DNA of 64,000 nt from Candidatus Hydrogenedentota bacterium (GCA_016215105.1 JACRLJ010000015.1:1438-65437); one strand, 5' to 3'; positions 37,935 through 48,192 are shown, counted from the stretch's first letter. The notes: a model not told the origin generated them from the sequence alone. Made by a program: numbers and translations.

Positions 37935-39515
37935 ATGAGTTCTGACGCCACGATGATGCTGCTAATCTGCTCGTGCGGACAGAAGATGAAGGTGGCGACC
38001 ACCTCACTTGGCAAAACCGTCCGTTGCGTGAAATGCGGCGAGCGGCTGTCGATCACCGCGGACAACACCAAGCAGATTCCCACGGACGTTGTCGCCGCGC
38101 GCTCTGAAACGCCGCCCCTCCCCCCCCAGGCCACCCACACCGCAGGATCAGCTGCCGACGTAGCGGAAAAGGGCCCTTTCAAAGGACCGGCCGCGCCCGC
38201 CGGCTCCGAACCGCAGCAGACTGCGCGAATCGGCGCCTTGCTAATTCAGAATGGACTGATTACGAATACGCAGTTGCAGGAGGCGCTGACGGTTCAAAAG
38301 GAGCGCGGGGGAAAGACTTTCGAATTACTGATCGAACTGGGCTACTTGGACAAGAGAGCCCTGCACGAGTTCTTTTCAAAGCAGCCGGGCATTGCGAGCA
38401 TCGATCTCGCCAACTACCAAATCAATACGGATTTGGCGACGCTTATCCCGAAAGAGTTTGCGCTGGACCGTGTCATTCTGCCTTTGGACAAGCTGGGGAA
38501 GCTGTTGACGGTCGGAATGGCGTGTCCAATCGACACCGTCACGATCAAGGCCGTCGAGGAGATGACCGGCCTTCGGGTCAAGGCGATGCTCTGCAGGCTG
38601 GACGATATCCACGCCGCGGTGCAGAAATACTACCGCGATCCCAATCAGCCCGAGCAGCACGCCACACTTGAGTCGTTCGGTTTGGCCAAGCTGGCGCTTA
38701 GACCGGAAGATGCCGCGCCGCTGCTCTCCCAGTTGCTCGCGCTGCCGGCCTCGTCCCGCACGATAGAACGCCTCAAACACACGGGCGCAGATGCGCCGGT
38801 TCAGGAGGTCGCCCGTATCGCCGCGCAAGACCCGCCGTTTGCCGCTTCGATATTGACGCTGGCGAATTCGAGCGCCTACGGTTTTCCCAAACGCGTGGAT
38901 ACCATTGGATTCGCATTATCCTTGCTGGGCGCCGCCGGAATCCGCGAGTTGACGCTCGCGGCGGAGTCCGCGGCCCAAACGCACAATGCGGTGGCCGTGG
39001 ACACGCTGGCGCTTGAGGCGAGTTCCGTGTTTTGCGCGAAAGCGGCAAAGGCGATTGCCAAAGTGGCCTGTCCCGGCAAGGAGGCCATTGCGTACGTCGC
39101 GGGGCTGCTCCACGAAATCGGACGTTACGCGCTGGCGAACATCATGCCGGAGCGCTACGTCAAGTTGGACCAGAGTTTGCCGGGGCCGGCGCTGCTCAAA
39201 GCAGAGAAACAGGCGTTCACCCTAACCCATCCCGAAGCGGGATACTCCGCGGCCAGCCGTTGGGGCCTGCCCGTGACGATTGTCGAACCCATTCGGCGCC
39301 ATCACGAGCCGGAAAAGGCGACCGATGCGAAGGATATTGTGGCCGTGGTGGCCTTGGCGTCGGTCATGTCAGACGCCGCAAGCGCAACCGATGGTCAGGC
39401 CAGTCAGGACCCGTTCGCGGATTGCGGTCAATTACTAAAATCCTTGCGCTTGGATAAGCCCACGGCGCAGCGCATCCTATCGGAAGTTGTGGCGAGCGCG
39501 TCCGAGAAGTCGTAG
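37935..39515 (+). CDS. Signalling protein: N-terminal Zn-ribbon + T2SS protein-E N-terminal (GSPII_E_N) domain + HDOD domain.
   Basis: CSCGQKMKV...CVKCGERL zinc ribbon. LLIQNGLITNTQLQEALTVQKERGGKTFELLIELGYLDKRALHEFF...DLATLIPKEFALDRVILPL matches the T2SSE_N fold. C-terminal HDOD-like region (ILTLANSSAYGFPKRVDTIGFALSLLGAAGIRELTL...LLHEIGRYALA). Confidence 0.75.
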   Translation: MSSDATMMLLICSCGQKMKVATTSLGKTVRCVKCGERLSITADNTKQIPTDVVAARSETPPLPPQATHTAGSAADVAEKGPFKGPAAPAGSEPQQTARIGALLIQNGLITNTQLQEALTVQKERGGKTFELLIELGYLDKRALHEFFSKQPGIASIDLANYQINTDLATLIPKEFALDRVILPLDKLGKLLTVGMACPIDTVTIKAVEEMTGLRVKAMLCRLDDIHAAVQKYYRDPNQPEQHATLESFGLAKLALRPEDAAPLLSQLLALPASSRTIERLKHTGADAPVQEVARIAAQDPPFAASILTLANSSAYGFPKRVDTIGFALSLLGAAGIRELTLAAESAAQTHNAVAVDTLALEASSVFCAKAAKAIAKVACPGKEAIAYVAGLLHEIGRYALANIMPERYVKLDQSLPGPALLKAEKQAFTLTHPEAGYSAASRWGLPVTIVEPIRRHHEPEKATDAKDIVAVVALASVMSDAASATDGQASQDPFADCGQLLKSLRLDKPTAQRILSEVVASASEKS

Positions 39516-39541
39516 CGCGCCGCCGATCGTGAATACGGCTG

Positions 39542-39582
39542 GGAATCCGGCCGAGGAGTCGGCGTTCTGGCCGCGCCTCTAA
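39542..39582. repeat. Repeat family A, collapsed short copy (A5) overlapping the GH20 stop codon.
   Basis: GGAATCCGGCCGAGGAGTCGGCGTTCTGGCCGCGCCTCTAA contains both family A termini. Confidence 0.65.
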
Positions 39583-41363
39583 TTCGCCTTCAGCAGGGCG
39601 AGCAAATTTTCCATCGCGCCCGCGCTCTCTTTAAGCCCGCCTGACCGGTTCCGGGCAAGCCATAGCTGGCGGTATTGCGGGATGATGGGGGCCAATTCCG
39701 CCGCGAGGCGGCTGCGCACATCGCGTGGGAGTGCGGAGGTAGCGACTCCACCGGCTTTTGCGCGCGCGATGCCCAGGTGGCACGCGAACCGCGCGAGGTT
39801 TGCGTCCACGGCAAATTCGTCGCGAATAAGTTGCGCGTCGGAGGTCTTCATTCGCGCGTTTGGCAACCGCGCCATGACTTCGTCGACGTAGGCCAGCGTC
39901 TCCTCCATGTCCTTCGCCGACAGCGTTTTCAGAAAGGACTTGGAGAACGGCTTTTCCGTGCAGTGCAGAAGCAGACCGTAGAAGGTCGTGTTGTTACCGG
40001 GAGTGATGCCGGTTTTTTGGTAGGCGTTGCCGAGGTCGTACGCCAACTTGCCCATGACACCCGCTTCGTCTTCAAATGCGTAGGCGTCGAGGATGCGAGG
40101 TATATCCGCGCCAGCGTTCGTCTGCACGCACCAACTGACCGCCGCACCGTAGGCGAAGCCAAGATACGAAATGGGCAGGCACTGCCAATGGCCGCCGTCG
40201 CCCCAGTCGGTGATCAGGTACCCGATTGCGCCATTGGCCAAACCGTTCTCGCCAGCATTGCGGAGGTTGGCGACCGCGTTGTCGGTTCGGCCTACGAGTG
40301 AATTCCAGCTCGAAGTGCCAGGCACCACGTAGTAGGAGATTCCTGAACTCGCGAAGATTTTCCCATGTTCAAGGAAAGGATGTTTGGCCTCGTAGCCCCA
40401 CTCCATGGCGACCACGTCCTTGGGCAGTTCGGGGATCAGCTCCTTGTGGTTCATGATGATGACGCAGTCCGGGTCCACGGGACACAGGTCGCCTCCCCCG
40501 CCGGGCATTTCGCCGAGGTGTTTGTACTGTGGATGTTGCAGCCAGCGGCCCATGTGTCCAAACGAATTTTGATTGGGAACCAGCTCGATATAGCGCTCGC
40601 GGCAATACTTATCCAACTCCTGGATCTGATGGGCCGTCATGGGAGAGGCGTCCTGCCATACCGTGGGGTGGTTGCGATACGAGAAGGTGTGCTCGGTGTA
40701 CAGTTGCAGCTGGTTGAGCTTCCAACTGGCGAACTTGTCCACAAGCGCGTAGAGCGTTTCCATTTCGGGGACTTTGTCGCGCGCGACGTCGAGCATCACG
40801 CCGCGATTGGGAAAGTCGGGCCAGTCCACGACGTGTGCGAGCGGCAGCACCCCGCTGGCGCGCGCCTGTTGAGCAATCTGACGTATCGTCTGGGCGGCGT
40901 AGAACACTCCGGCTTCATCATGGGCGGTGATGCGAACACCGCTGGGGCCGATCGCGAGGTCATATCCCTGCGCGTGAGGCGCTGCCGCGGCGTCCACCTT
41001 GACCGAGGCCTGAGGAGCCGCCTTGTCCGCGCGGGAAGGCAGACTCTGCAGCGCGCCGAGCACAAAGCGCCGGATTTTCTCCTGCTGTTCACTCGATAGA
41101 CCGTTCCCGTCAACAGCGACATCGCCGGGGGCCAATTCGAAGGCCGGCTGCGGCGTATTGATATCGGCTTGGCGCGGCGCTGGAAGAAGGGGCCAGTCCA
41201 GGCGCTGTCCCGGCGCTACCGCCGGCGCGGCCTTATGCGACTTCTGCGGCTTGGCGTGCGTCGCGGATCGATCGGGGGCATGTTGCGGTCCGGAAGCACA
41301 CCCGGCCATTAGGAAAAGCGCCGCAAGAGACGGTAGAACGACGCCCAGTTGGTTTATACGCAT
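39579..41363 (-). CDS. Glycoside hydrolase family 20 beta-N-acetylhexosaminidase-like lipoprotein.
   Basis: Lipobox LFLMAGC. GH20 domain-2 and catalytic-start motifs (GYDLAIGPSGVRITAHDEAGVFYAAQTIRQI; VVDWPDFPNRGVMLDVARD). Confidence 0.8.
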   Translation of the reverse strand: MRINQLGVVLPSLAALFLMAGCASGPQHAPDRSATHAKPQKSHKAAPAVAPGQRLDWPLLPAPRQADINTPQPAFELAPGDVAVDGNGLSSEQQEKIRRFVLGALQSLPSRADKAAPQASVKVDAAAAPHAQGYDLAIGPSGVRITAHDEAGVFYAAQTIRQIAQQARASGVLPLAHVVDWPDFPNRGVMLDVARDKVPEMETLYALVDKFASWKLNQLQLYTEHTFSYRNHPTVWQDASPMTAHQIQELDKYCRERYIELVPNQNSFGHMGRWLQHPQYKHLGEMPGGGGDLCPVDPDCVIIMNHKELIPELPKDVVAMEWGYEAKHPFLEHGKIFASSGISYYVVPGTSSWNSLVGRTDNAVANLRNAGENGLANGAIGYLITDWGDGGHWQCLPISYLGFAYGAAVSWCVQTNAGADIPRILDAYAFEDEAGVMGKLAYDLGNAYQKTGITPGNNTTFYGLLLHCTEKPFSKSFLKTLSAKDMEETLAYVDEVMARLPNARMKTSDAQLIRDEFAVDANLARFACHLGIARAKAGGVATSALPRDVRSRLAAELAPIIPQYRQLWLARNRSGGLKESAGAMENLLALLKAN

Positions 41364-41529
41364 TGGTTATCTCCCCGGTAATGCGACTCAGAACAATTCG
41401 CTTCGCGCCCGCGCGCCCGGATGGGATAGCGCCCGCGCCAAGCCGTAGTCTAACGGATAGGGACAGCGAAAGTCCCCTGCGCGGTCCTGGCGTTGACTGA
41501 CGGCGCTCGATCGATACGATTGGCCGCGA

Positions 41530-42330
41530 TTACGCCACAAATGCGTTCGTGAGGGGCGCGGCTTCGGTGGTTCGCACGCGCACCCCGTGTACCATGATTC
41601 CTGGGCGGCCCATGCTTTGGCCGCAGATCTGCTTGTTCTCCGGGTCGCGGTATCCCAGCCGCACCAGCCGGCGCATCCGGTTGGTGCGGTTAACGTGGCT
41701 GCCGTGGACGCAGAATATATTGAAGCACACCACGTCGCCGCGCTTCGCCGGCACGGCTACCGTGTTCTCCAGAGGGTATTCATCCGTTGGCAGGTGGGGC
41801 GTACACGGGCCAGCGTCGGTCATTGTAATGTGCGGGAGGTAGCCTTTCTTGTGTGATCCCGCCAGAAAGCGAATCTCGCCGTTTTCGTGGCAGGTGTCGT
41901 CCAGATGGACCAGCACGTCGATGTACCGGCCGTCGGTGTGTTCGTAGAATGCGTTGTCCTGGTGCAAGGGGAAGGGGTGGCCAGTCTCGCGTGGCTTGAT
42001 GTGCAGTGTGGTGTGATGAAGTTCGATGTTCGGGCTGCCAATGAGGTCGGACATGCACTCCGCGAGAGCGGACTTGCTCACGCCATGGAGCCAGGCTTCC
42101 GAATAGAAATGGAGATCGTGCAGCGAGGTGAGCTTGGATTTTTTCTCGGTCTCGGGGTCCATGTAGGCCAAGCGCCAGGGACCGGTCCAGCCCATGTCCG
42201 TCGACGCCCAATGGTCGAGCAAGTAATCGAGTTCCGATTCCAGCGCGTCCATTTCGGACGGCGTGAAAACCTGAGGGATACGGAGGAATCCGTTTTCGTT
42301 GTAGAAGCTAATCTGGTCTTGCGAAAGCAT
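41530..42330 (-). CDS. Phytanoyl-CoA dioxygenase (PhyH) family Fe(II)/2OG oxygenase.
   Basis: ISFYNENGFLRI and HQDNAFY...H facial triad pattern. 266 aa. Confidence 0.88.
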   Translation of the reverse strand: MLSQDQISFYNENGFLRIPQVFTPSEMDALESELDYLLDHWASTDMGWTGPWRLAYMDPETEKKSKLTSLHDLHFYSEAWLHGVSKSALAECMSDLIGSPNIELHHTTLHIKPRETGHPFPLHQDNAFYEHTDGRYIDVLVHLDDTCHENGEIRFLAGSHKKGYLPHITMTDAGPCTPHLPTDEYPLENTVAVPAKRGDVVCFNIFCVHGSHVNRTNRMRRLVRLGYRDPENKQICGQSMGRPGIMVHGVRVRTTEAAPLTNAFVA

Positions 42331-42565
42331 GTCCTACTCCTCGTCGTTCGCCGGGGCAAATCCGGCGTCGAACACCCACGTGTCTTCATCTGCGCCACTC
42401 GATTAGACACCACCGTTTGCCGCGCTGTCAAGATAGGGCGCCAGCGCTATTTTGGGGTTCAAACTGGCTTGACTCGCTCGATTATGGTCCTGTATCATCG
42501 CCGATTGTGTAAGCAGTGTCAGGCGCTCACGAGGGGAAAACGGGCCGATCGGAGGCATTCGAAGC

Positions 42566-43672
42566 ATGGCAAAAGTAGAGCTCAAAAGCGTTAAGAAGAT
42601 ATACCCCGGTGGCGTCGAAGCGGTGAAGGGCGCGAACTTGGTCGTAAACGACAAGGAATTCGTGGTATTCGTCGGCCCGTCAGGTTGCGGTAAGTCAACG
42701 ACCCTTCGAATGATAGCCGGGTTGGAAGAGATCAGCGACGGGGAAGTCTTCATCGGCGACACCCGTGTCAATGATGTTCCGCCCAAGAATCGCGATATCG
42801 CGATGGTGTTTCAGAATTACGCGCTGTACCCGCACATGACGGTGTACAAGAATATGGCGTTTGGCCTGATGCTGCGGAAGTATCCGAAGAAGGAAATCGA
42901 GAAACGGGTGCGCGAAGCCGCCCAGATTCTCGGAATCGAGCACCTGTTGGATCGCAAGCCCAAGGCTCTGTCCGGCGGCGAGCGCCAGCGCGTGGCGGTT
43001 GGACGCGCCATCGTCCGTCAGCCGAAGGTGTTCCTGTTTGACGAGCCCTTGTCCAACCTTGACGCGAAGCTGCGCGTGCAGATGCGCGCGGAAATCAGCA
43101 AGCTGCATACGCGTCTGCAATCCACCATGATTTATGTGACCCACGATCAGGTCGAGGCCATGACGATGGGAGATCGGATCGTGGTCATGCTGGGCGGTTC
43201 GATCCAGCAGATTGCGACCCCGCTCGAGTTGTACAACAAGCCCGCCAACAAGTTCGTCGCGGGATTCATCGGCAGCCCGCCCATGAACCTCATCGAGGGG
43301 ACCATCAACGGGAGCAACGGGCAGTTGACGTTCCGGGACGCTTCGGGCGTGTTGAACGTGAACGTAGCCCAGCAACATCAGAATGCTCTTCAGTCCTATA
43401 CCGGCAAGAAGGTGTTTATCGGTATACGGCCCGAAGACCTGCAGGACAACATCAGCCAGACCATCACGCCGGGCAAGAGCGTGCAAGCCCCGGTCGAAGT
43501 CGTCGAGCCCATGGGGTCGGAAATCTATCTCTACCTCAACGTCGGCGGTCATACGATTACGGCGCGAATCCACGCCGACCGCGAGCCCGAGGTGAACAAG
43601 CCCCACGTGCTCGATGTGAACATGGATAAGGCGCATTACTTCGCTGCGGTGTCGGAGGTAGCAATACGGTAG
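42566..43672 (+). CDS. Sugar ABC transporter ATP-binding protein (MalK/UgpC-like), orphan.
   Basis: Walker A GPSGCGKST, LSGGERQRVAVGRA and a C-terminal TOBE-like domain. No adjacent permease or SBP. Confidence 0.92.
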   Translation: MAKVELKSVKKIYPGGVEAVKGANLVVNDKEFVVFVGPSGCGKSTTLRMIAGLEEISDGEVFIGDTRVNDVPPKNRDIAMVFQNYALYPHMTVYKNMAFGLMLRKYPKKEIEKRVREAAQILGIEHLLDRKPKALSGGERQRVAVGRAIVRQPKVFLFDEPLSNLDAKLRVQMRAEISKLHTRLQSTMIYVTHDQVEAMTMGDRIVVMLGGSIQQIATPLELYNKPANKFVAGFIGSPPMNLIEGTINGSNGQLTFRDASGVLNVNVAQQHQNALQSYTGKKVFIGIRPEDLQDNISQTITPGKSVQAPVEVVEPMGSEIYLYLNVGGHTITARIHADREPEVNKPHVLDVNMDKAHYFAAVSEVAIR

Positions 43673-43774
43673 GGCAATGCCCAAAGCGGTGACGACGGCG
43701 CGCTTCGGCGCGCCGTTTTTGTATGTGAATGCGTGATAGGACGACGAGACAAAGCTGCGGCAGGGGAGTTCAGT

Positions 43775-44953
43775 ATGAGCATCGACATCAAGGCGGCCGC
43801 CGCGCGGTTCGAGGCCCGGTTTGGGCATGCCCCCACGGTGGGGGCCCGCGCGCCGGGACGTGTCAACATCATCGGGGAACACACCGACTACAACGGCGGA
43901 TTCGTTCTGCCCATGGCCATCGAGCGAGAGACGGTAGTCCTGGGGAGCCCGAGAAAGGACCGCGTACTCAATGCGTATGCGGCGAACCTGGAGCGGAGCG
44001 CACAGTTAAATCTGGACCACCTCGACCGCAATCCCAGCGAACATTGGATGGATTACGTCACGGGAGTCGCGCGTGAGCTCGGGCTTCTGGGGAAACCGGT
44101 GGTTGGCGCGGACATCCTGATCCTGGGTGACGTCCCCGTGGGCGCGGGACTGAGTAGTTCGGCGAGTCTTGAGATGGCGGCGCTCAAGTTCTTCGAAGTA
44201 CTGGGCGGATTTACACTCGAGGGACCGGCCGGCGCCAAACTGGGACAGCGGGTGGAAAACGATTTCCTCGACCTTAAGACCGGCATCATGGACCAGTTTA
44301 TCGTGCGAATGGGTCAACATGGACACGCCCTGTTTCTCGATTGCCGGTCCTACGAGTACGAGTCAATTCCGATCAAGTTCGACGACGCGGTGTTCGTGAT
44401 CGCGAACACCGGCGTATCGCGAGGACTTGCCAGCTCCAAGTACAACGAACGTGTGCATGAGTGTGGCGAAGCCGTTGAAGCAATGCGGCGAGTCCTCGGT
44501 GGTAGCGGCAAGTCCCTGCGCGATTTTCCTGGCGAAGCGGATTTGGATGCGTGCCGTGGACAACTCCGCGACGTGGTCTATCGCCGGGCGCGACACGTCA
44601 TCACGGAAAACGCGCGCACGCAGGACGCCGCCGAGGCGATGCGCCGGGGCGACGCCGCCGCGTTGGGGCGCTTGATGAACGCGTCGGGTGACAGCTTGCG
44701 GATAGACTACGAAGTAACCTGCAACGAACTGGACATCATGACACGAATTGCGCGGTCCCATTCCGCGTGTTTTGGCTCCCGAATGACCGGCGCGGGTTTT
44801 GGCGGTTGCACGGTGAGTCTGGTTGCCGCTGGCCACGCGGATAAGTTCTGCGAATTCCTCGCGCAGGCGTATCGCTCGGAGACGGGTATCCGGGCTGAAC
44901 TGGTCGTGTCCTCCGCGGCGCAGGGCGCGACTCAGGTTGGGTGGCGTGGCTAG
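43775..44953 (+). CDS. galK: Galactokinase.
   Basis: Trimmed to MSIDIK after GGGGAG. GRVNIIGEHTDYNGG signature. GHMP kinase PxGAGLSSSAS and GAGFGGC motifs. Confidence 0.92.
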   Translation: MSIDIKAAAARFEARFGHAPTVGARAPGRVNIIGEHTDYNGGFVLPMAIERETVVLGSPRKDRVLNAYAANLERSAQLNLDHLDRNPSEHWMDYVTGVARELGLLGKPVVGADILILGDVPVGAGLSSSASLEMAALKFFEVLGGFTLEGPAGAKLGQRVENDFLDLKTGIMDQFIVRMGQHGHALFLDCRSYEYESIPIKFDDAVFVIANTGVSRGLASSKYNERVHECGEAVEAMRRVLGGSGKSLRDFPGEADLDACRGQLRDVVYRRARHVITENARTQDAAEAMRRGDAAALGRLMNASGDSLRIDYEVTCNELDIMTRIARSHSACFGSRMTGAGFGGCTVSLVAAGHADKFCEFLAQAYRSETGIRAELVVSSAAQGATQVGWRG

Positions 44954-45048
44954 GATTAGGCGGAAAACAGTGTTGCACTAAACGCATGGGCCAGTCAGAC
45001 GGCTCGGACTAGTCGAACGTGTCAGACGTGTCAGACAACAATACAGAC

Positions 45049-48006
45049 TCATTCGACTCTAGGGTTGGCCCAGACGGGGCGGGGGGAGGTGGGGCTTTCT
45101 CCGCCGCCTGTCATGATAAGGCGCAAGCGGTCGGCGCCGGCTGTGTCTACGTCTACGGTTTGGGGCGGCTGCTGAGGCGCGAGTGGGCCGCTGTCGAAGA
45201 CTTGGCGCCAGTCCTTGTCGCGGCGGACTTCTACTTTGAACGCGCAGGTGGTCTTGGCGGTGGCGGGAACGCTGTCATCTATACCGACGCGAGCGGTGAA
45301 GCGTTGGGCGGCGGCGAGGCTACCTTCGAGGGCGTAAGTGAGCCGCGCCTCGGCGCCGTTTGGCGTATTGACAAGTTGCATGATCAGACCCTTCTTGTAT
45401 TCAGTCCCGCCCAGGCGGAGCGGCTGGTCGTGAGGGGCTCTATTCTTGAGGAGGCCGAGTGAACCCAGCCCGTCCGGGCCGGTGTAGTCGATCTCGTCGA
45501 GATCGCTGAGATAGACCCCGTGCCCGGCGCCGAGGTATGCGGCGGTGAAGGTGGCGGAAACAATTTCGGACGTCTCGTTAGCGTGCGCGCCGCGTCCGAA
45601 CGCAGCGGCTTTGATGGTGGTGGTTTGTGTGAGCCGAATGGGCCGGCGATATTCCGGAGAGGTCGCGGTTGGGTCGGTCCCATCCAGCGTATAGCGTACG
45701 CCGGCGCGCGCGCCACGCCTATTGGGCGTCAGCCGCAGTTCCGTTTCACCCACAATGAATCTGGATGACGGCGACAGAACAGGCGCGCGCAGAGGAAGCC
45801 GCCGGCGGTATGGGTCGGTGTAGAGTCCAATCTCGTCGAATGGGATCTTCTTGAACCCGAGTTTGTGGGCGGGGGAATTTGCGCGCAAGCGGAAGTCTTC
45901 GCGGTCTGGGGCGACGACCCCGCCGTCGCCAAGGCTAACGACGTTTCCGGTCTTGCCGAGTTCGGTCTTAATCGCTTCGTCGTCGTGGCTATACGTCTGG
46001 CTGTGGCCATCGCCGCTGGGTGATCCGGTGAAGACGACGGAGTTGGCGATCAGGTTCTTCTCGAGCTTTACGTCCGCCAGACTGGCCTTGGCGCCCAATC
46101 CAAGGAAGTGGGGACCCGTACTCACGTTGCAGCGGATAATGTTGTCTTTGGGAATGATGCGCAGCGAGGCCTGAGCGTCGCCTTTCGCAAAGTCCTCGGC
46201 CAATCTCGCTAAGACAGGGTAGCGCGTGCTGTAAGGCGGTTGATCGTACTTGATGCGCTCGAGCCGCTCGACCATTTCCCACGGTCCGCCGGGCCGGAAC
46301 ATACTCAGGTCTTCCCAGACGTTGAAGCGGTACGTGCGCGCGCAACGGAGAAACAGGTTGTTCTCAATCGTCATTCCACGGCCGCTGTTGGTCAAGAACC
46401 CCTGGTCCATGTCGCAGAAGACGTTGCCGTACAGGTGGATTCCGCCGCAGGGCAGGTCGGGATAGATGGTGAAGCAGCCGAGTTCGCCGGGGCCGTGGAT
46501 GTTGTGAAAGTAGTTATAGCGGAAGACGTGGCCCATGTAGCTCCAGTCCATCGCAGAATAGATGACACCGACATCGCCGGTTTCGTGAGCAATGCGCGTG
46601 AACTCGCAATACTCGATCACGTGGTCATTCCCGCCATAGGACACGCCTTGGTGGGGGGCATCGTGAACATAGCAGTGCGTCATGCGATTGCCGACGCCGT
46701 TCAGCGAAACCGCGGGGTGATAGGTTTTCTGAATTCGAGCGAAGTGATGGATATCGCAGTTGTCCACTACGTGGCCGCCCGGCGACAGGGTCGCGCGGTC
46801 GCCGCCTTCGACGCCGATGCCGGTCGAGGCGACCTCATAGATGTCGCAACTGCGCACCGTGTGACGCGCGCCGCCTTTGATGTCGATGGCGGTCCGGCCA
46901 ACATTTCGGACAACGCACCCGTCGATTTCGTTAGATGCGCCGCCTTTCACAACCACGGCCTCGGCGCGCGAACATTCGAACGTGATTCCGCGCAATGCGG
47001 CATGCTCGACGTTGTCCATCACGATCATCGGCTGTTCCAAATCGGGAAACATCACGTCCGACTTGTCGAGTGCCGCCGGAGGCCAGAAATAGACGATGCG
47101 ATTCTGGCGATCCAGGTACCATTCGCCGGCCTGGTCAAGTTCTTCGAGGATATTCAGGAAATAGTAGCGCTGGCCTTTGGTATAGCCGTAGCCGTGATAC
47201 GGTGGCTTCGGCCAGATGAGACTCGTATCGAAATCAATGCGTTCGACAGGCTCGTATTCATCCGACCAGTCGTAGGTCCAGTAACCGTGTACCCAGATAT
47301 CCGATGCGCCGGACCATTGTTTCGGGCGGTCGCCGTCGTACTGGAACGGCCCGCGATGCCGAGTGAGATTGGGGTCGTCCTTGTCTATGAACTTGAACTG
47401 CTTGTCAGGCGGGACATCGGCGATTTTGAGCCAACCCTCGTTTGGATAACGGGCCAGAGGCATGTAGTGGTGGTTGAAGAAGAGCTCCGCGCGCGCGCCG
47501 CTCTGTGGTTGTACCGTACCCAGGGCCTCAACACCCGACTCCTTCAGATCGCACTGCATGACGTGTTCGCGCGCGTCGGGGCTCAGACGAGCGCGCACCG
47601 TTTCGTCGCTCACGGCCTGCCACTTGGTAAGACGCGTTCCGCCGATGAGGCGTACCGATTCGCCCTTGGCGGCCTGCCAGACGGCTGGCGCGCGATCCGT
47701 CCCGGAGTCCTCCGGACCGAGGAGCAGGGTCTTGGAAATGCGGTAGATTCCTTCGCGCAGGACGACCGTGCGATTGTGGCTCCTGGGGACCGACCGCAAT
47801 GCGTCGCGCGCCCGTTCGAGTGACGCGAACGGTTTCGCGATGGTCCCGGGATTTGCATCGTCGCCCGAGGGAGAAACGTATACCGTGTCCGCTGACGCGG
47901 GCTGTCCGAAAGCGAAGAGAATGAGTAGTGCGGCGAGTGAGATGAAGACGACGGTAAGGGCAGAATGAAGATATCGCGCGCGAGCGGCGCTGGAGAATTT
48001 ATGCAT
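45049..48006 (-). CDS. Secreted right-handed beta-helix (pectate-lyase-fold) protein with C-terminal CHB_HEX_C-like and NPCBM domains.
   Basis: Signal/TM N-terminus. Parallel beta-helix repeats (NVGRTAIDIKGGARHTVRSCDIYEVASTGIGVEGG...). YTLDGTDPTATSPEYRRPIRLTQTTTIKAAAFG (chitobiase C-terminal-like). Terminal NPCBM-like module (YLSDLDEIDYTG...LRLIMTGGGESPTSPRPVWANPRV). Confidence 0.8.
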   Translation of the reverse strand: MHKFSSAARARYLHSALTVVFISLAALLILFAFGQPASADTVYVSPSGDDANPGTIAKPFASLERARDALRSVPRSHNRTVVLREGIYRISKTLLLGPEDSGTDRAPAVWQAAKGESVRLIGGTRLTKWQAVSDETVRARLSPDAREHVMQCDLKESGVEALGTVQPQSGARAELFFNHHYMPLARYPNEGWLKIADVPPDKQFKFIDKDDPNLTRHRGPFQYDGDRPKQWSGASDIWVHGYWTYDWSDEYEPVERIDFDTSLIWPKPPYHGYGYTKGQRYYFLNILEELDQAGEWYLDRQNRIVYFWPPAALDKSDVMFPDLEQPMIVMDNVEHAALRGITFECSRAEAVVVKGGASNEIDGCVVRNVGRTAIDIKGGARHTVRSCDIYEVASTGIGVEGGDRATLSPGGHVVDNCDIHHFARIQKTYHPAVSLNGVGNRMTHCYVHDAPHQGVSYGGNDHVIEYCEFTRIAHETGDVGVIYSAMDWSYMGHVFRYNYFHNIHGPGELGCFTIYPDLPCGGIHLYGNVFCDMDQGFLTNSGRGMTIENNLFLRCARTYRFNVWEDLSMFRPGGPWEMVERLERIKYDQPPYSTRYPVLARLAEDFAKGDAQASLRIIPKDNIIRCNVSTGPHFLGLGAKASLADVKLEKNLIANSVVFTGSPSGDGHSQTYSHDDEAIKTELGKTGNVVSLGDGGVVAPDREDFRLRANSPAHKLGFKKIPFDEIGLYTDPYRRRLPLRAPVLSPSSRFIVGETELRLTPNRRGARAGVRYTLDGTDPTATSPEYRRPIRLTQTTTIKAAAFGRGAHANETSEIVSATFTAAYLGAGHGVYLSDLDEIDYTGPDGLGSLGLLKNRAPHDQPLRLGGTEYKKGLIMQLVNTPNGAEARLTYALEGSLAAAQRFTARVGIDDSVPATAKTTCAFKVEVRRDKDWRQVFDSGPLAPQQPPQTVDVDTAGADRLRLIMTGGGESPTSPRPVWANPRVE

Positions 48007-48192
48007 CCGGACCCCTCCCGAGTGATTTTATGTCTCACGCCGAGGGGGCAGTACTAGGAAAGTCGTATCGGATTTCGCAGTCCGTCCACAACTTCCTATC
48101 GTGTCCGCATGCCTCGACGGGGGGCGGACAGCAGTCTCGGCGCTACTCATCACATTACTTAACGCAGCAGCGCCCGTCAACCGGACACCAGT

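Noticed and set aside
42695-43882. 395-aa minus ORF
   Set aside because: Antisense to the MalK-like ATPase gene.
46240-47823. 527-aa plus ORF
   Set aside because: Antisense to the beta-helix/NPCBM gene. Val/Ala/Arg-rich, no motifs.
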